From contig OZ242010.1 of NCBI GenBank assembly GCA_965204745.1, positions 896,001 to 960,000 on the forward strand: 64,000 bases of DNA. Direction: 5' to 3'. Positions within the stretch are counted from its first letter, which is position 1, and every line of letters begins with the position of its first letter. Positions 37,767 to 48,226 of the stretch are shown here, in pieces. The notes below the pieces were generated by a model. That model did no database searches, was not told where the DNA came from, and saw nothing but the letters and a program-made list of their open reading frames with translations. Made by a program: the position numbers and the translations under genes. Source of the stretch: Candidatus Latescibacterota bacterium (GTDB taxonomy: Bacteria > Latescibacterota > UBA2968).

Positions 37767-39821
37767 CTACCCCCATAGTTTGCTCATCCATCGAGAACGA
37801 CGGCCCAGACGGAAGCCGAGAAATTCGTTCTCCAATTCCCTCCTGTTCAGCACCGTCCTGCCGCCGATGCTGGCGTTCTCATCGATCAGCGTCGAAGGTA
37901 CGTTCTCCCAGTCAAACTCGCGGCGACCGAATTGGTCCTTCTGCTCGATGACGATGACCTTATCGCCTTCTAGCATCCATCCGGATCGCGCATCCCCTTC
38001 CCGCTTTATCCTCGCCTCCGGGCGCAGCAAATTCCCGAGTTGATCTTTGACCTTGTCATGTCGCTTATCCGCGTATTCACGCCATGCCACCGGTTGACAC
38101 CACGCAGGTGCGCGTTCTTCGATGTTGGCGGCGATGATCTCACCGATCACGCGGGACGAAAATTTTAGCCAGTCGTCTGGCTGGCGATTATCCTTCATCC
38201 TTTCAATCACTTGCGAGAGGTAGAGGCGGTAGAGATGACCGCTGAGTTCGCCGTGTACCCGTTGGATATGAAGGTGGAGTTTGTGTCTCAGATCTTCCTT
38301 GTAGCTCGGCAGTGCGGTCGTGGTGTAAATCATCAGGCTTCGCTTGACTATCTCGTCGGGAAATGCCTTCATTTCGTTGTTCATCGACAGAATGAAGCAG
38401 GGGTACTCTTCAACCGGAGGCGGGTTCTCGTCTTTGATGATGTCGATTGCGTGATTTCGCACGGCCTGCTTCCCAACATCGTCGAACACCACGGGGAATC
38501 GTTTGTAATTCTGCTGAAGACCGCGAAGTTTGGATCGGGTGAAATCCCCTTTATCCACGCGATGCACGCGACCGAACATCGAGGTTATCAGGGTATCGAC
38601 AAGACTCGACTTGCCGCAACTCGGCTTACCATAGAGGATGGCAAAGGACGGGTAACGAAATATATCTCCCATCGCGCCGGCGAGATTTCTCATATCGCAC
38701 ATAAAGGGCGAGAAGTAAAGCCACGACCAGAGCATAAAGTAATCGCGCTGGAGACGATCCACATCGCCCTCAAACGTCTCTCGATAATTGCCGAAGTAAT
38801 TGACCAGTAGCCGTGCGTCGGTTTTCACTCGGGCCGGGTCGCTTTCCAAAGGGAAGGGGTTGCCAGACATCTCGGCGGTGCATTCCGTGCGATTGATGGA
38901 AAAGTAGCGGCTGTCGGCTTCTTCGTCAGAATGCACGATGCGAACGCGGCTGTGCTCTCGCCGTATCTCCCGCTTGATCTGCGGCGTGATCTTCTGGCGT
39001 CCATTGCGGATGGCTGGAATCAACGTAGAGACGACGGACGGTATGGTCGCTTTCACCTTCTCGATTCTCTCTATCTGGGTCTGCACGGAGATGGAAAGGG
39101 ACTTGGAAGAATCGGACGCGTCGATGACGAGCGTGGTGGGGTCGTGGGAATCCAAGACGGGGATCTCGTGCAACTGAATGTCGGCTTTTTGTATTTGCTC
39201 CGCTGGCAGTGGGATATCATCAGACGCGGAGTCCCTTATCTCTTTGTACATCCGCGAGTAGTGGGACCACGCGGATTCGTCGTTGTCGAACTTGACGAGG
39301 GTTTCGGATTGGCGACCACTGAAGGCTGTCTCCGATAGGTTGGCGGAGCCGATGATGGCGCGCGTGTTTCCGTTGGTCGCGTTTTCTAGCAGGTACAGTT
39401 TTGAATGCGCGATGGCTTTGCGGAGTACGCGGAAGCGGGCCTGCCCCTCTCGCACTCTGCCGAGGATAAAAGCGTGCCGTTGGTCCTTCAGCCCTTTTAT
39501 CGCCGCGAGTGTGTCGCTTATCGCCACCTGCTGAAACGCCATGATGTCCTTGAAGGTGCGGAGCGTGCTTTCGCAACCGAATACGCATTCGAAGTCCGTG
39601 AAGTCGTGCTCATCGAGCAACCTGACAATGGCGGATATGCCGGCGGAGTAGGTCAGGATGCGGATTTTGTCATAGCCGTCGAACAGGGGCCAACTGAATT
39701 TTGCCTCGCTGACGAACTCGGCATCTACCACGCGAAGCCCGCCACCGTCGTCGAGGGTCAACGCACTCTGGCCTTCACTCGCATCGGGGGAATCAAAAAA
39801 TAACTGGTTCATAGACATCAC
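37767..39821 (-). CDS. PLD (HKD-like) nuclease domain fused to a P-loop ATPase
   Basis: HSKLYLLE...GSANLS; YGKPSCGKS; VVFDD. Confidence 0.8.
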   Translation of the reverse strand: MMSMNQLFFDSPDASEGQSALTLDDGGGLRVVDAEFVSEAKFSWPLFDGYDKIRILTYSAGISAIVRLLDEHDFTDFECVFGCESTLRTFKDIMAFQQVAISDTLAAIKGLKDQRHAFILGRVREGQARFRVLRKAIAHSKLYLLENATNGNTRAIIGSANLSETAFSGRQSETLVKFDNDESAWSHYSRMYKEIRDSASDDIPLPAEQIQKADIQLHEIPVLDSHDPTTLVIDASDSSKSLSISVQTQIERIEKVKATIPSVVSTLIPAIRNGRQKITPQIKREIRREHSRVRIVHSDEEADSRYFSINRTECTAEMSGNPFPLESDPARVKTDARLLVNYFGNYRETFEGDVDRLQRDYFMLWSWLYFSPFMCDMRNLAGAMGDIFRYPSFAILYGKPSCGKSSLVDTLITSMFGRVHRVDKGDFTRSKLRGLQQNYKRFPVVFDDVGKQAVRNHAIDIIKDENPPPVEEYPCFILSMNNEMKAFPDEIVKRSLMIYTTTALPSYKEDLRHKLHLHIQRVHGELSGHLYRLYLSQVIERMKDNRQPDDWLKFSSRVIGEIIAANIEERAPAWCQPVAWREYADKRHDKVKDQLGNLLRPEARIKREGDARSGWMLEGDKVIVIEQKDQFGRREFDWENVPSTLIDENASIGGRTVLNRRELENEFLGFRLGRRSRWMSKLWG

Positions 39822-39935
39822 TCTTTATTATAGGCTGGCTACATCACCGGATTTTGTTCTGCGAGATCCGGCTCGTCTTTGTTGCAAGTCAAAAAAAGAA
39901 AATAGAACTTTGATTTTGATGCAAGATGATTAAGA

Positions 39936-40090
39936 AGCGGTCAGCGGTCAGTCCGCTCAACCCCTCCAACCCCAAGTAGTCAGTTGTCAGTTGTCAGTCC
40001 CCGCACAGCCCTTCCGCAAGTGAGACGTGAGACGCAAGACGGGAGAGGGCCACCCAGCACCCCAAGTAGTCAGTAGTCAGTAGTCAGTCC
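39936..40090 (-). repeat. Three short heptamer arrays + GAGACGT-type heptamers
   Basis: GCGGTCA, GTTGTCA and GTAGTCA units, each followed on + by a C-rich flank. Confidence 0.85.
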
Positions 40091-40182
40091 ACCCGCCCAC
40101 AGGCCCCAAGCAACCAGCCCTAGCCCATCGCCTGAGTCATCCCAACGCGAACGGCGATATGCCCCGTACTCTGCACTATCGT

Positions 40183-40485
40183 TCATGCGCGTTCATCTGT
40201 GGTTGCTTTTTGTTTTTTTTGCCGTTGCGGAACCGGATCATAGCCCCCTTTGGCAAACGGATGGCAACAGGCGATGCGGCGCAAGGTCAAAGCGAGGGCG
40301 AATGCAAAGGAGTGGCGGCGGAAGGCTTCGAGGGCGTAGTGCGAGCAGGTGGGGGTATAGCGGCATGAACTGGGCGCGAGGGCGAAAAAGCGCGTCAGAG
40401 GCGCGAGGGTGTATTGATAGCCCTTGATGAGCGCGCACGCGAGGGTTGCCAATATTCTATCGGCGATTTTTAGGGGATTGACCAT
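40183..40485 (-). CDS. yidD: Membrane protein insertion efficiency factor
   Basis: YQ..CRYTPTCSHYALEA..CHPF..GGYDPVP. Confidence 0.9.
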   Translation of the reverse strand: MVNPLKIADRILATLACALIKGYQYTLAPLTRFFALAPSSCRYTPTCSHYALEAFRRHSFAFALALTLRRIACCHPFAKGGYDPVPQRQKKQKATTDERA

Positions 40486-40544
40486 TTTGCGTTTTCGGGT
40501 ATATTAGGCTAAATTTTTGCCGACACTTCCGCTTAGGAGAGGAA

Positions 40545-41393
40545 ATGGATTTACCGGATATACAGAACTCGCAGGACAGGCGCGGCATTGAAATTGACGA
40601 GGTGGGCGTGTCCAATGTGCGCTATCCCCTGACCTTGCCGCTGCGCGACAATGGCGAGTTTCACACTGTGGCGAATTTGTCGATGACCGTGAGCTTGCCC
40701 CACTATCAAAAGGGCACTCACATGTCGCGGTTTATGATCGCGCTGAACGAGCATCACAAACACTTCACGCCCAACAGCGTTCACATTGTCCTCGAAGAAA
40801 TCCTCGCATTTTTGGAAGCCGAAGAAGCATTTTTGAGCATGACATTTCCCATTTTTTTGTTGCGAAAAGCCCCGATAACGGGCATTGAAGGCATGCTGGA
40901 CTACAACTGTGAATTTAAGGCGATGTTGACCAGCGATGGCATGCACGACAAGTTGATCGGCGTGCGCGCAAATGTGGCGAGTCTCTGCCCGTGCAGCAAG
41001 GAAATCAGCGACTACGGCGCGCACAATCAGCGTTCCGAAGTGCGGATGGACGTGCGCCCATGTGACGGGGAATTTATCTGGTTTGAAGATCTGATCGACA
41101 TTGGCGAATACAATGCGTCTTGCCAACTCTATCCCATTTTGAAACGCCCAGATGAAAAATACGTCACGGAGCGTGCGTATAACAATCCCAAATTTGTCGA
41201 GGACATCGTGCGCGATGTGGCTGCGGATTTGCTCGCGATAATGGACGAAGAGCGCATCGCTTGGTTTTACGTATCGAGCAACAACTACGAGAGCATTCAC
41301 AACCACGATGCGTTTGCCAAAATAGAACGCGGCGCGCGCGGCCCACTTTTGACGCACCGCAAAGAAGCCCAAAATGAGTTGGTGATGCTTTAG
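40545..41393 (+). CDS. folE2: GTP cyclohydrolase IB
   Basis: LPDIQ, KGTHMSRF, LCPCSK, AHNQRS, KRPDEK, FVED, ESIHNH. Confidence 0.95.
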   Translation: MDLPDIQNSQDRRGIEIDEVGVSNVRYPLTLPLRDNGEFHTVANLSMTVSLPHYQKGTHMSRFMIALNEHHKHFTPNSVHIVLEEILAFLEAEEAFLSMTFPIFLLRKAPITGIEGMLDYNCEFKAMLTSDGMHDKLIGVRANVASLCPCSKEISDYGAHNQRSEVRMDVRPCDGEFIWFEDLIDIGEYNASCQLYPILKRPDEKYVTERAYNNPKFVEDIVRDVAADLLAIMDEERIAWFYVSSNNYESIHNHDAFAKIERGARGPLLTHRKEAQNELVML

Positions 41394-41495
41394 CTCAACA
41401 GCCCGCCCTGCCCTTGAGGGCGCGGGGACTGACCACCGACCCCTTTGGGAGCGGCGGTTGGGTGGGATTCGTCTATTCTGCGGTTTGGAACAAAG

Positions 41496-41529
41496 AAGGC
41501 CCGTGAACATTGCTCACGGGCCTTTTTTA
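41496..41529. terminator. Terminator between convergent folE2 and sufE-like
   Basis: AAGGCCCGTGA/TCACGGGCCTT + T-run. Confidence 0.7.
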
Positions 41530-41946
41530 TGCTGCGGTTGCAAGCGCGAGTTCGTGAATGCGCTTGACCATCGCGGCAAAGCCATTGGCGCGGTTGATGC
41601 TGAGGTGTTTGGCGAGGTCGAGTTTGACAAAAATGTTGCGAATGTCCGCGGTGAGAATTTCCCGGGCGGTTTTGCCGGAATACAACGCCAACAAAATTGC
41701 GACCAAGCCCTTGACGATCTGCGCGTCGCTGTCTGCGCGAAATTCGATCACGGGCGGGTCCTCGTCTCGCACATCGGTGATGAGCCACACATTGCTCACG
41801 CACCCCTGCACGCGGTTGGCTTCGCTTTTGTGTTCCGCTTCGAGCGGTGGCAAGTTGCGACCAAGTTCGATGATATACCGATAGCGTTCTTCCCAATCCG
41901 CGAGCACATCGAAATTTTGCATGATGCGGTCAATGGTGATGTTCAT
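41527..41946 (-). CDS. SufE family Fe-S sulfur acceptor
   Basis: WEERY, VQGCVSNVW, DSDAQIVKGL, LSINRANG. Confidence 0.92.
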   Translation of the reverse strand: MNITIDRIMQNFDVLADWEERYRYIIELGRNLPPLEAEHKSEANRVQGCVSNVWLITDVRDEDPPVIEFRADSDAQIVKGLVAILLALYSGKTAREILTADIRNIFVKLDLAKHLSINRANGFAAMVKRIHELALATAA

Positions 41947-42102
41947 GGAAAACCTCGGAAAAATGGGAGAAGTGAGGCGGCCTCACCGCGCCGCTCATCC
42001 ACCCGTGCGTGCCCATCCCACCTCCGCACCGCCGTGTGCGTTATCCCGGCCCATATTCCCCGACCTCTTGCCTCTCCCCTCTTGCCTCTCACGTCTTGCC
42101 TC

Positions 42103-43077
42103 TCACGTCTTCAACACCCGTGCGATGTCTCGGGCAAAATAGGTGAGAATCAGGTCCGCGCCTGCGCGTTTGATGCTCAATAAGATCTCGTCTCGCACCC
42201 GGGCTTCGTCGAGCCAGCCATTGGTCGATGCTGCTTTGACCATTGCAAATTCACCGCTGACATTGTACGCGGCAACTGGCACGCCAAATTCCGCCTTGAC
42301 CCGGTAGATGATGTCGAGATAGGACAACGCGGGTTTGACCATCACGATATCCGCGCCTTCTTCGATATCCAACGCCACTTCGCGCAGGGCTTCATCGCTG
42401 TTTGCCGGGTCCATCTGATAGGAGAGGCGGTCGCCGAATTGGGGCGCGGATTCCGCGGCCTCTCGAAACGGCCCGTAGAACCCGGAGCAGTATTTGGCCG
42501 CGTAAGCCATGATGGGAATGTGGTCAAATCCCTCTACGTCAAGCGCGGCGCGAATGGCCCCCACACGTCCATCCATCATGTCGGAAGGCGCGACCATATC
42601 TGCGCCCACGCGCACATGCGAAAGGGATTCTTTGACGAGGTAGGCGACGGTTTCATCGTTGTGTACGTCATCGTCCACGATGATGCCGCAATGCCCGTGG
42701 TCCGTGTATTCGCAGAGGCACACATCCGTGATCACGTAGAGGTCGGGCACTTGTGCTTTGATCGCGGATACGGCGCGTTGAATAATGCCGTCATCGCAAT
42801 ACGCCTCGCTACCCATCGCGTCTTTGTGGTCCGGAATGCCAAAGAGGATCACCGCGGGAATGCCCAAATCGGCGATTTCCCTGCACGCCTCAACCGCGAC
42901 ATCTATCGACATCTGATGGTTGCCCGGCATCGATTCAATTTCTTTTTTAATGCCTTTGCCCGGGCACACAAACAGGGGCATAATCAAGTCGTCAACGCGC
43001 AGGTGATTTTCGCGCACCATTCGCCGCATCGTTTCACTACGGCGCATCCGGCGCATGCGTGTGATTGGAAAGGTCAT
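42103..43077 (-). CDS. hemB: Porphobilinogen synthase
   Basis: [37 protein letters not shown]. Confidence 0.96.
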   Translation of the reverse strand: MTFPITRMRRMRRSETMRRMVRENHLRVDDLIMPLFVCPGKGIKKEIESMPGNHQMSIDVAVEACREIADLGIPAVILFGIPDHKDAMGSEAYCDDGIIQRAVSAIKAQVPDLYVITDVCLCEYTDHGHCGIIVDDDVHNDETVAYLVKESLSHVRVGADMVAPSDMMDGRVGAIRAALDVEGFDHIPIMAYAAKYCSGFYGPFREAAESAPQFGDRLSYQMDPANSDEALREVALDIEEGADIVMVKPALSYLDIIYRVKAEFGVPVAAYNVSGEFAMVKAASTNGWLDEARVRDEILLSIKRAGADLILTYFARDIARVLKT

Positions 43078-43080
43078 GGG

Positions 43081-43160
43081 AGTTGTCGGTTGTCAGTTGT
43101 CAGTTGTCAGTTGTCAGTTGTCAGTTGTCAGTTGTCAGTTGTCAGTTGTCAGTTGTCAGT
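43081..43160 (-). repeat. Heptamer array (ACTGACA)n, about 11 units, abutting the hemB start
   Basis: (GTTGTCA)n on +, followed by TACCCCGCC. Confidence 0.93.
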
Positions 43161-43347
43161 TACCCCGCCTCGCCACCCAAAAAGCGAGAACGAATCGTAG
43201 GGGCGATGCCCCGTGCTCGCCGAAGCAGTGCATTCAGCAGTCAGCAAAACAAGCGATCAGCACAGACATTGCCTTGGGGTGGAAGGGCGGGGTTGCCTCA
43301 CCTCTCCCGTCTCCCGTCTTACGTCTCACTGAAGGGGGTTGGGTGGG

Positions 43348-43380
43348 GACTGACTACTGACTACTGACCACTGACCACTG
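43348..43380 (+). repeat. Short heptamer array after GGGTGGGG
   Basis: ACTGACTx2, ACTGACCx2. Confidence 0.85.
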
Positions 43381-43397
43381 CCTTTTTGCCTCTTGCC

Positions 43398-44324
43398 TCA
43401 TTCAAACAGTGCTTTGACAAAGCTCTCGGCGTCGAAATCGTCCAAGTCTTCGGCGGATTCGCCCAGGCCGACAAAGCGCACGGGCAAATCGAGTTCGTCG
43501 GCGATGGCGATGACCACGCCGCCCTTGGCCGTGCCGTCGAGTTTTGCAAGAACCAGGCCCGTGACTTCAACCGCGCTGTGAAATTGTTTGGCTTGCAGGA
43601 CAGCATTTTGGCCGGTGGTCGCGTCCAAGATGAGCAGGGTCTCATGGGGGGCGCCGGGCATGGCTTTGTCGATGACGCGGCGGATTTTTTTGACTTCCTC
43701 CATGAGGTTGACCTTGGTGTGGAGGCGGCCCGCGGTGTCGATGAGCACGATGTCTGTACCGCGTGCGCGTGCGGCTTTGATCGCGTCGAATGCCACGGAT
43801 GCTGCGTCTGCGCCCGGTTGGTGGCGCACCATGTCCGACCCCGTGCGTTCGGCCCAAATGCCGAGTTGATCGATGGCTGCGGCGCGAAAGGTGTCGCCTG
43901 CGGCAAAGAGCGCGGTTTTTCCCTCGCGTGCGAATTTGTGGGCCAGTTTGCCGATGGTGGTGGTCTTGCCCACGCCGTTGACGCCCACGACGAGAATGAC
44001 GTGGGGCTTTGTCGTAATGGCAATGGGGGCCGCGCCATCTGCGGGCATGAGGATTTTTCGGATTTCTTCTTCGAGAAAGTTTTGCACTGCGGTTTCCGCG
44101 TCTTCGACCGGTTCGTCCGATGCCACGCGCTCGCGCAAGTGGTCGATGATCCGAAGGGTCGGATCGACGCCCACGTCGGCTTGGATGAGGATTTCTTCGA
44201 TTTCTTCAAGGGTTTCTTCGTCGAGTTCGGGACGCCGCCGAATGACAGCGCGGATTTTTTGTACCATGCCCTCGCGGGTCTTGGTCAATCCCTTTCTAAA
44301 TTTGTCGATCAATTTGCCGAGCAT
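43398..44324 (-). CDS. ftsY: Signal recognition particle receptor
   Basis: GVNGVGKTT, DTFRAAA, DTAGR, KLDGTAKGG. Confidence 0.96.
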   Translation of the reverse strand: MLGKLIDKFRKGLTKTREGMVQKIRAVIRRRPELDEETLEEIEEILIQADVGVDPTLRIIDHLRERVASDEPVEDAETAVQNFLEEEIRKILMPADGAAPIAITTKPHVILVVGVNGVGKTTTIGKLAHKFAREGKTALFAAGDTFRAAAIDQLGIWAERTGSDMVRHQPGADAASVAFDAIKAARARGTDIVLIDTAGRLHTKVNLMEEVKKIRRVIDKAMPGAPHETLLILDATTGQNAVLQAKQFHSAVEVTGLVLAKLDGTAKGGVVIAIADELDLPVRFVGLGESAEDLDDFDAESFVKALFE

Positions 44325-44488
44325 GCAAACTCCTTCAAAGCGTGCGAACAGGCGTTGCGAAAAGGGAAGATACACAAAACCGGTTTTTTTGCCAAAAAAA
44401 GACGGGATGCGTTCTGACTTGACATGCACGGGGGATTTCCTCATGCATGCAAGTTGACGCGCTACCTCTAGGATAAAGGAAGACTGCT

Positions 44489-45202
44489 ATGGCATCTGAA
44501 GACAGCACGCGCAAATCCCGCGTTGCCATTGAACTCGGCACCGAATCCGTCCCTATGCTCATTCGATGCGCCACCATGTGGGGGCGTTATAGCCCCTTTG
44601 AGTCCTACATCCTCAACGCGACAGAGGGCTGGGTCTTGATCGATCCAGAACGGCCCGACGCGCCTGCAAAAAATCGCCTGCTTCAACTGATCCCCGAACG
44701 GCCTATCGCAACCGTGCTGACCAGCGACGGACACGAGCGCAGTTGTTACGACATACGCGAGCAATGGGGCGTCCCCGTGTGGGGGCCAGAATACAGCCCG
44801 GCCGTGCGCGACATTGCTTACGATGGCGAACCCGATCACCTGTATAAAGAAGGCCAATCGCTACCCGGCGGTCTCAGGCCCATCAAACTTCAGGGCGCGT
44901 GGGGAGGCGACCACGCCCTCTTATGGTCTGCGCCTAGCGGACAAACCCTCGCGTTTACGGGCGACATCCTCAACGGCCAAGTCGAACGGACGCTGGCAGG
45001 CCCGGATCACTATCGCCGATCACCCGGTCTCGCCTTTGGCTCGCGCCCCGGCTACCTCGCACGTCACGGCAATCTCAAAGGCTTGAAACAGAGCTTGCAT
45101 CGCCTTCTCGAAGAAGACATAGACGCAATTTGCGGTGCCCATGGTATGCCGTTCTGGGACAATCCCAAAGCCGCGATCACGCGCTTGATCGCTACGCTCT
45201 GA
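44489..45202 (+). CDS. MBL-fold-like hypothetical hydrolase (degenerate metal motif)
   Basis: VLIDP, LTSDGHER, FTGD, AHG pattern. Confidence 0.6.
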   Translation: MASEDSTRKSRVAIELGTESVPMLIRCATMWGRYSPFESYILNATEGWVLIDPERPDAPAKNRLLQLIPERPIATVLTSDGHERSCYDIREQWGVPVWGPEYSPAVRDIAYDGEPDHLYKEGQSLPGGLRPIKLQGAWGGDHALLWSAPSGQTLAFTGDILNGQVERTLAGPDHYRRSPGLAFGSRPGYLARHGNLKGLKQSLHRLLEEDIDAICGAHGMPFWDNPKAAITRLIATL

Positions 45203-45540
45203 TCGCGTAGCAAATGGGCGTTTTGGCATACCGTTCAAAGGATGTAAAGACCTAACAGAAAAAGACCCAAACACACTGTCCTCAAATGAATCGGTAGAGA
45301 TCGCAACAAAAGCGGTCGACGCATTCAGCAAATACGAGAAAAAGCCCGAGCAGATGGATCTCATAATTAAGGAATTGGAAACAGCAGACCACAAAAATGA
45401 AAACGCGGATCAAGTGCCCACAAATAACACAGGGAAATGAGGGCGTGCGTTGCCCAATATCTGAAATCCTATTGACGATAGATGCCGATTGTATATATTT
45501 TTTTTCGTCCCTTTCGATCTGTTCCACCTAAGGAGAGAAC

Positions 45541-48216
45541 ATGAAAAAAGCCAACGCAAAAGCGATGCCGGCAGGTGCCGTGTTTCATCGGTGCGCGCTA
45601 CAGGTCAACCCGCACGGCTATGGCGGTAAATTTCGCGGTCAAGAAGCCAAAGGCGACGATCGGTCCCACGCCGAGGCCATCGTCACAAGGGCCGATGAGA
45701 TCGGCGTCTCCGTGCTCGCCATTACCGATCACAACAACGCGAGTGGCGTCTCCGCATTTCAGGCCGCGGCCGAGGATCGAGGCATTGCGATATTTCCCGG
45801 ATTTGAGCTTTCTTCCACAGAGGGCATCCACGTCTTGTGCATCTATCCAAAAAATACCGACGAGGAGCAACTCGGAAGATTCCTCGGCGAGTTTGGGATC
45901 ACGGGAACCGATCCATCCTCGGATTTGTCGAACAGCAGTTTTGTCGAGATTCTCGCACAGGTCCGAAAACAGGGCGGCATCGCCATCGCCGCGCATGTGA
46001 CCAACGACAAAGGGCTATTCAAAGCTCTTTCGGGACAAGCGCGGATCAAGGCATGGCAAAGTGACGAACTCCTCGCGATTCAGATTCCGGGGGCGGTCGA
46101 GAACTTATCTCAGGATATACGCCAGATCGTGAAAAATAAAAACGCAGATTACCGGCGCACCCCTGCGGCGGGTGACAATCGGGCAGTGGCCGCGATCAAC
46201 GCGAAAGATATTGTCGACCCCGAGGATATAGAAGACCCTGCGGCGACATGCTGGATCAAGATGTCCGAGGTCACAGTTGAGGGTCTGCGGCAAGCCTTTC
46301 TCGATCCGGGATCGCGGATCCGGCTGACGAGCGACCCCGCGGCCGAAGAACATGCCGAACTCATCTCATTGGCTTGGGAGGGCGGATTTCTCGCTAGCAC
46401 GGCCGTTCGCTTCAACCCAAATCTGAACGTACTCGTTGGTGGCCGCGGCGCGGGCAAATCCACGGTCATCGAAAGCCTGCGCTATGTGCTCGGCGTGGTC
46501 CCTGTCGGCGAAGACGCCCGCAGAGCGCATGAGGGCATCGTTCGCCAAGTGCTCCGGAGCGGGACGAAAATATCGCTTTGCGTCCGATCCCATCGCCCTG
46601 CGAAACGGGCGTACCAGATCGAGCGAACCATTCCCAACCCGCCCGTTGTGCGAGACGAGAACGGCCGTATATCGAACCTGTCGCCCAGCGAAATACTCCC
46701 CGGCGTTGAGGTATATGGGCAACACGAGATATCGGAACTCGCCAAAAGCCCCGAAAAACTCACCCACCTGCTCGACCGCTTCATTGACCGGGATGCCGAT
46801 CTCGCCCGGCGCAAAGTCGATCTCCGCCGCGAACTCGAAAGGGTGAGACGCGCCGCCCTCGATGTGCGGGCAGAGCGCGAGCAAATTGACGAACAGCTGT
46901 CCACCCTGCCGGGCCTCGAGGAGACGCTCAAACAATTTCAAGAGGCAGGACTCGAAGACCGCTTGCGCGAACAGAGTTTGCTCGTCCGCGAGGAGCGCGT
47001 GCTCGACTCGATCCCAGAACGCTTGAAAACGTTTTTCGAATGCCTGGATATGTTGCGCCAAGAACTGCCCATCGATCGCGTATTTCTGTCGCCGAGGGCA
47101 CTCAAAGACCTGCCCGGGAAGAACATCCTCGCAGGGACTGATGAAATTTTGGCGCGTCTGAGCGGCGACCTCGAGCATGTCGTTCGCCAACTCGAAGCCG
47201 CGCTGAAACGCGCTGATGAAGAGATCGCCGCGGTGCGATCTCGCTGGGACAAACGCAAACATGAGGTCGATGCCGCATATCAAAAAATCCTGCGCGAACT
47301 CCAGAAATCAGCCGGAGATGGCGAGGCGTTTATTCGCCTGCGGCGCGAGATCGAAAGGTTGCGCCCGTTGCGCGAACGCCGGTCTTTGTTGCAACGCTTA
47401 GAGGGTGAGTACGCAACACAACGCCATGCGTTGCTCGTGGAGTGGGAAGATGTCAAGACGGAGGAATTTCGCCTTCTGGATCGGGCCGCGAAAAAGGTCA
47501 GCAAAAAGCTGCGCGGTCACATTCGGGTTGAGGTTACCGCCGCGGGCGACCGCGAGCCGCTGTTTCACCTTCTCCGCGATCAGATCGGCGGGCGTCTCTC
47601 CGAAGCCATTGACGTCATCGCCGAGATGGAGAGCTTTTCACTCTCCCAATTCGTCGAAAGCTGTAGGGCGGGAACGGTTCGGGATGCCTACACTATCCCG
47701 CCATCCCAAGCGCAACGCCTTGTCGAAGCCCCCGCCGATGTCCTGATGCAGATTGAAGAATTGGACTTGCCGCCGATAACGACCATTCAACTCAACACGG
47801 CGCATGCCGGCGGCCCGCCTGTGTGGCACGCGCTCGAAGCCCTTTCGACCGGTCAGAAAGCAACCGCGGTGTTGTTGCTCCTCTTGCTGGAATCCGACGC
47901 GCCGCTGATCGTCGATCAGCCAGAAGACGATCTCGACAATCGCTTCATCACGGAAGGCATCGTCCCCAAGATGCGCGAGGAGAAGCGCAGGCGGCAGTTC
48001 GTCTTCTCTACCCACAGCGCGAACATCCCCGTGCTCGGCGACGCCGAGATGATCGTCGGGCTTACGCCATCCGGCGAGGCAGATGGCGGGACTGCACGCA
48101 TCGCGCCCGAGCATGTAGGCTCAATTGACGCGCCCCCGGTTCGGGAACTGGTCGAAGAAATCCTCGAAGGAGGCAAGGAAGCCTTCGAACGCCGCCGCCG
48201 CAAGTATGGCTTTTGA
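45541..48216 (+). CDS. PHP phosphoesterase + SMC/ABC-type ATPase (TrlF/Ppl-like architecture)
   Basis: ITDHN, PGFEL; GGRGAGKS, coiled coil, LSTGQK, IVDQPEDDLD, STH; AAGGAG RBS. Confidence 0.85.
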   Translation: MKKANAKAMPAGAVFHRCALQVNPHGYGGKFRGQEAKGDDRSHAEAIVTRADEIGVSVLAITDHNNASGVSAFQAAAEDRGIAIFPGFELSSTEGIHVLCIYPKNTDEEQLGRFLGEFGITGTDPSSDLSNSSFVEILAQVRKQGGIAIAAHVTNDKGLFKALSGQARIKAWQSDELLAIQIPGAVENLSQDIRQIVKNKNADYRRTPAAGDNRAVAAINAKDIVDPEDIEDPAATCWIKMSEVTVEGLRQAFLDPGSRIRLTSDPAAEEHAELISLAWEGGFLASTAVRFNPNLNVLVGGRGAGKSTVIESLRYVLGVVPVGEDARRAHEGIVRQVLRSGTKISLCVRSHRPAKRAYQIERTIPNPPVVRDENGRISNLSPSEILPGVEVYGQHEISELAKSPEKLTHLLDRFIDRDADLARRKVDLRRELERVRRAALDVRAEREQIDEQLSTLPGLEETLKQFQEAGLEDRLREQSLLVREERVLDSIPERLKTFFECLDMLRQELPIDRVFLSPRALKDLPGKNILAGTDEILARLSGDLEHVVRQLEAALKRADEEIAAVRSRWDKRKHEVDAAYQKILRELQKSAGDGEAFIRLRREIERLRPLRERRSLLQRLEGEYATQRHALLVEWEDVKTEEFRLLDRAAKKVSKKLRGHIRVEVTAAGDREPLFHLLRDQIGGRLSEAIDVIAEMESFSLSQFVESCRAGTVRDAYTIPPSQAQRLVEAPADVLMQIEELDLPPITTIQLNTAHAGGPPVWHALEALSTGQKATAVLLLLLLESDAPLIVDQPEDDLDNRFITEGIVPKMREEKRRRQFVFSTHSANIPVLGDAEMIVGLTPSGEADGGTARIAPEHVGSIDAPPVRELVEEILEGGKEAFERRRRKYGF

Positions 48217-48226
48217 GGACCCAAAG

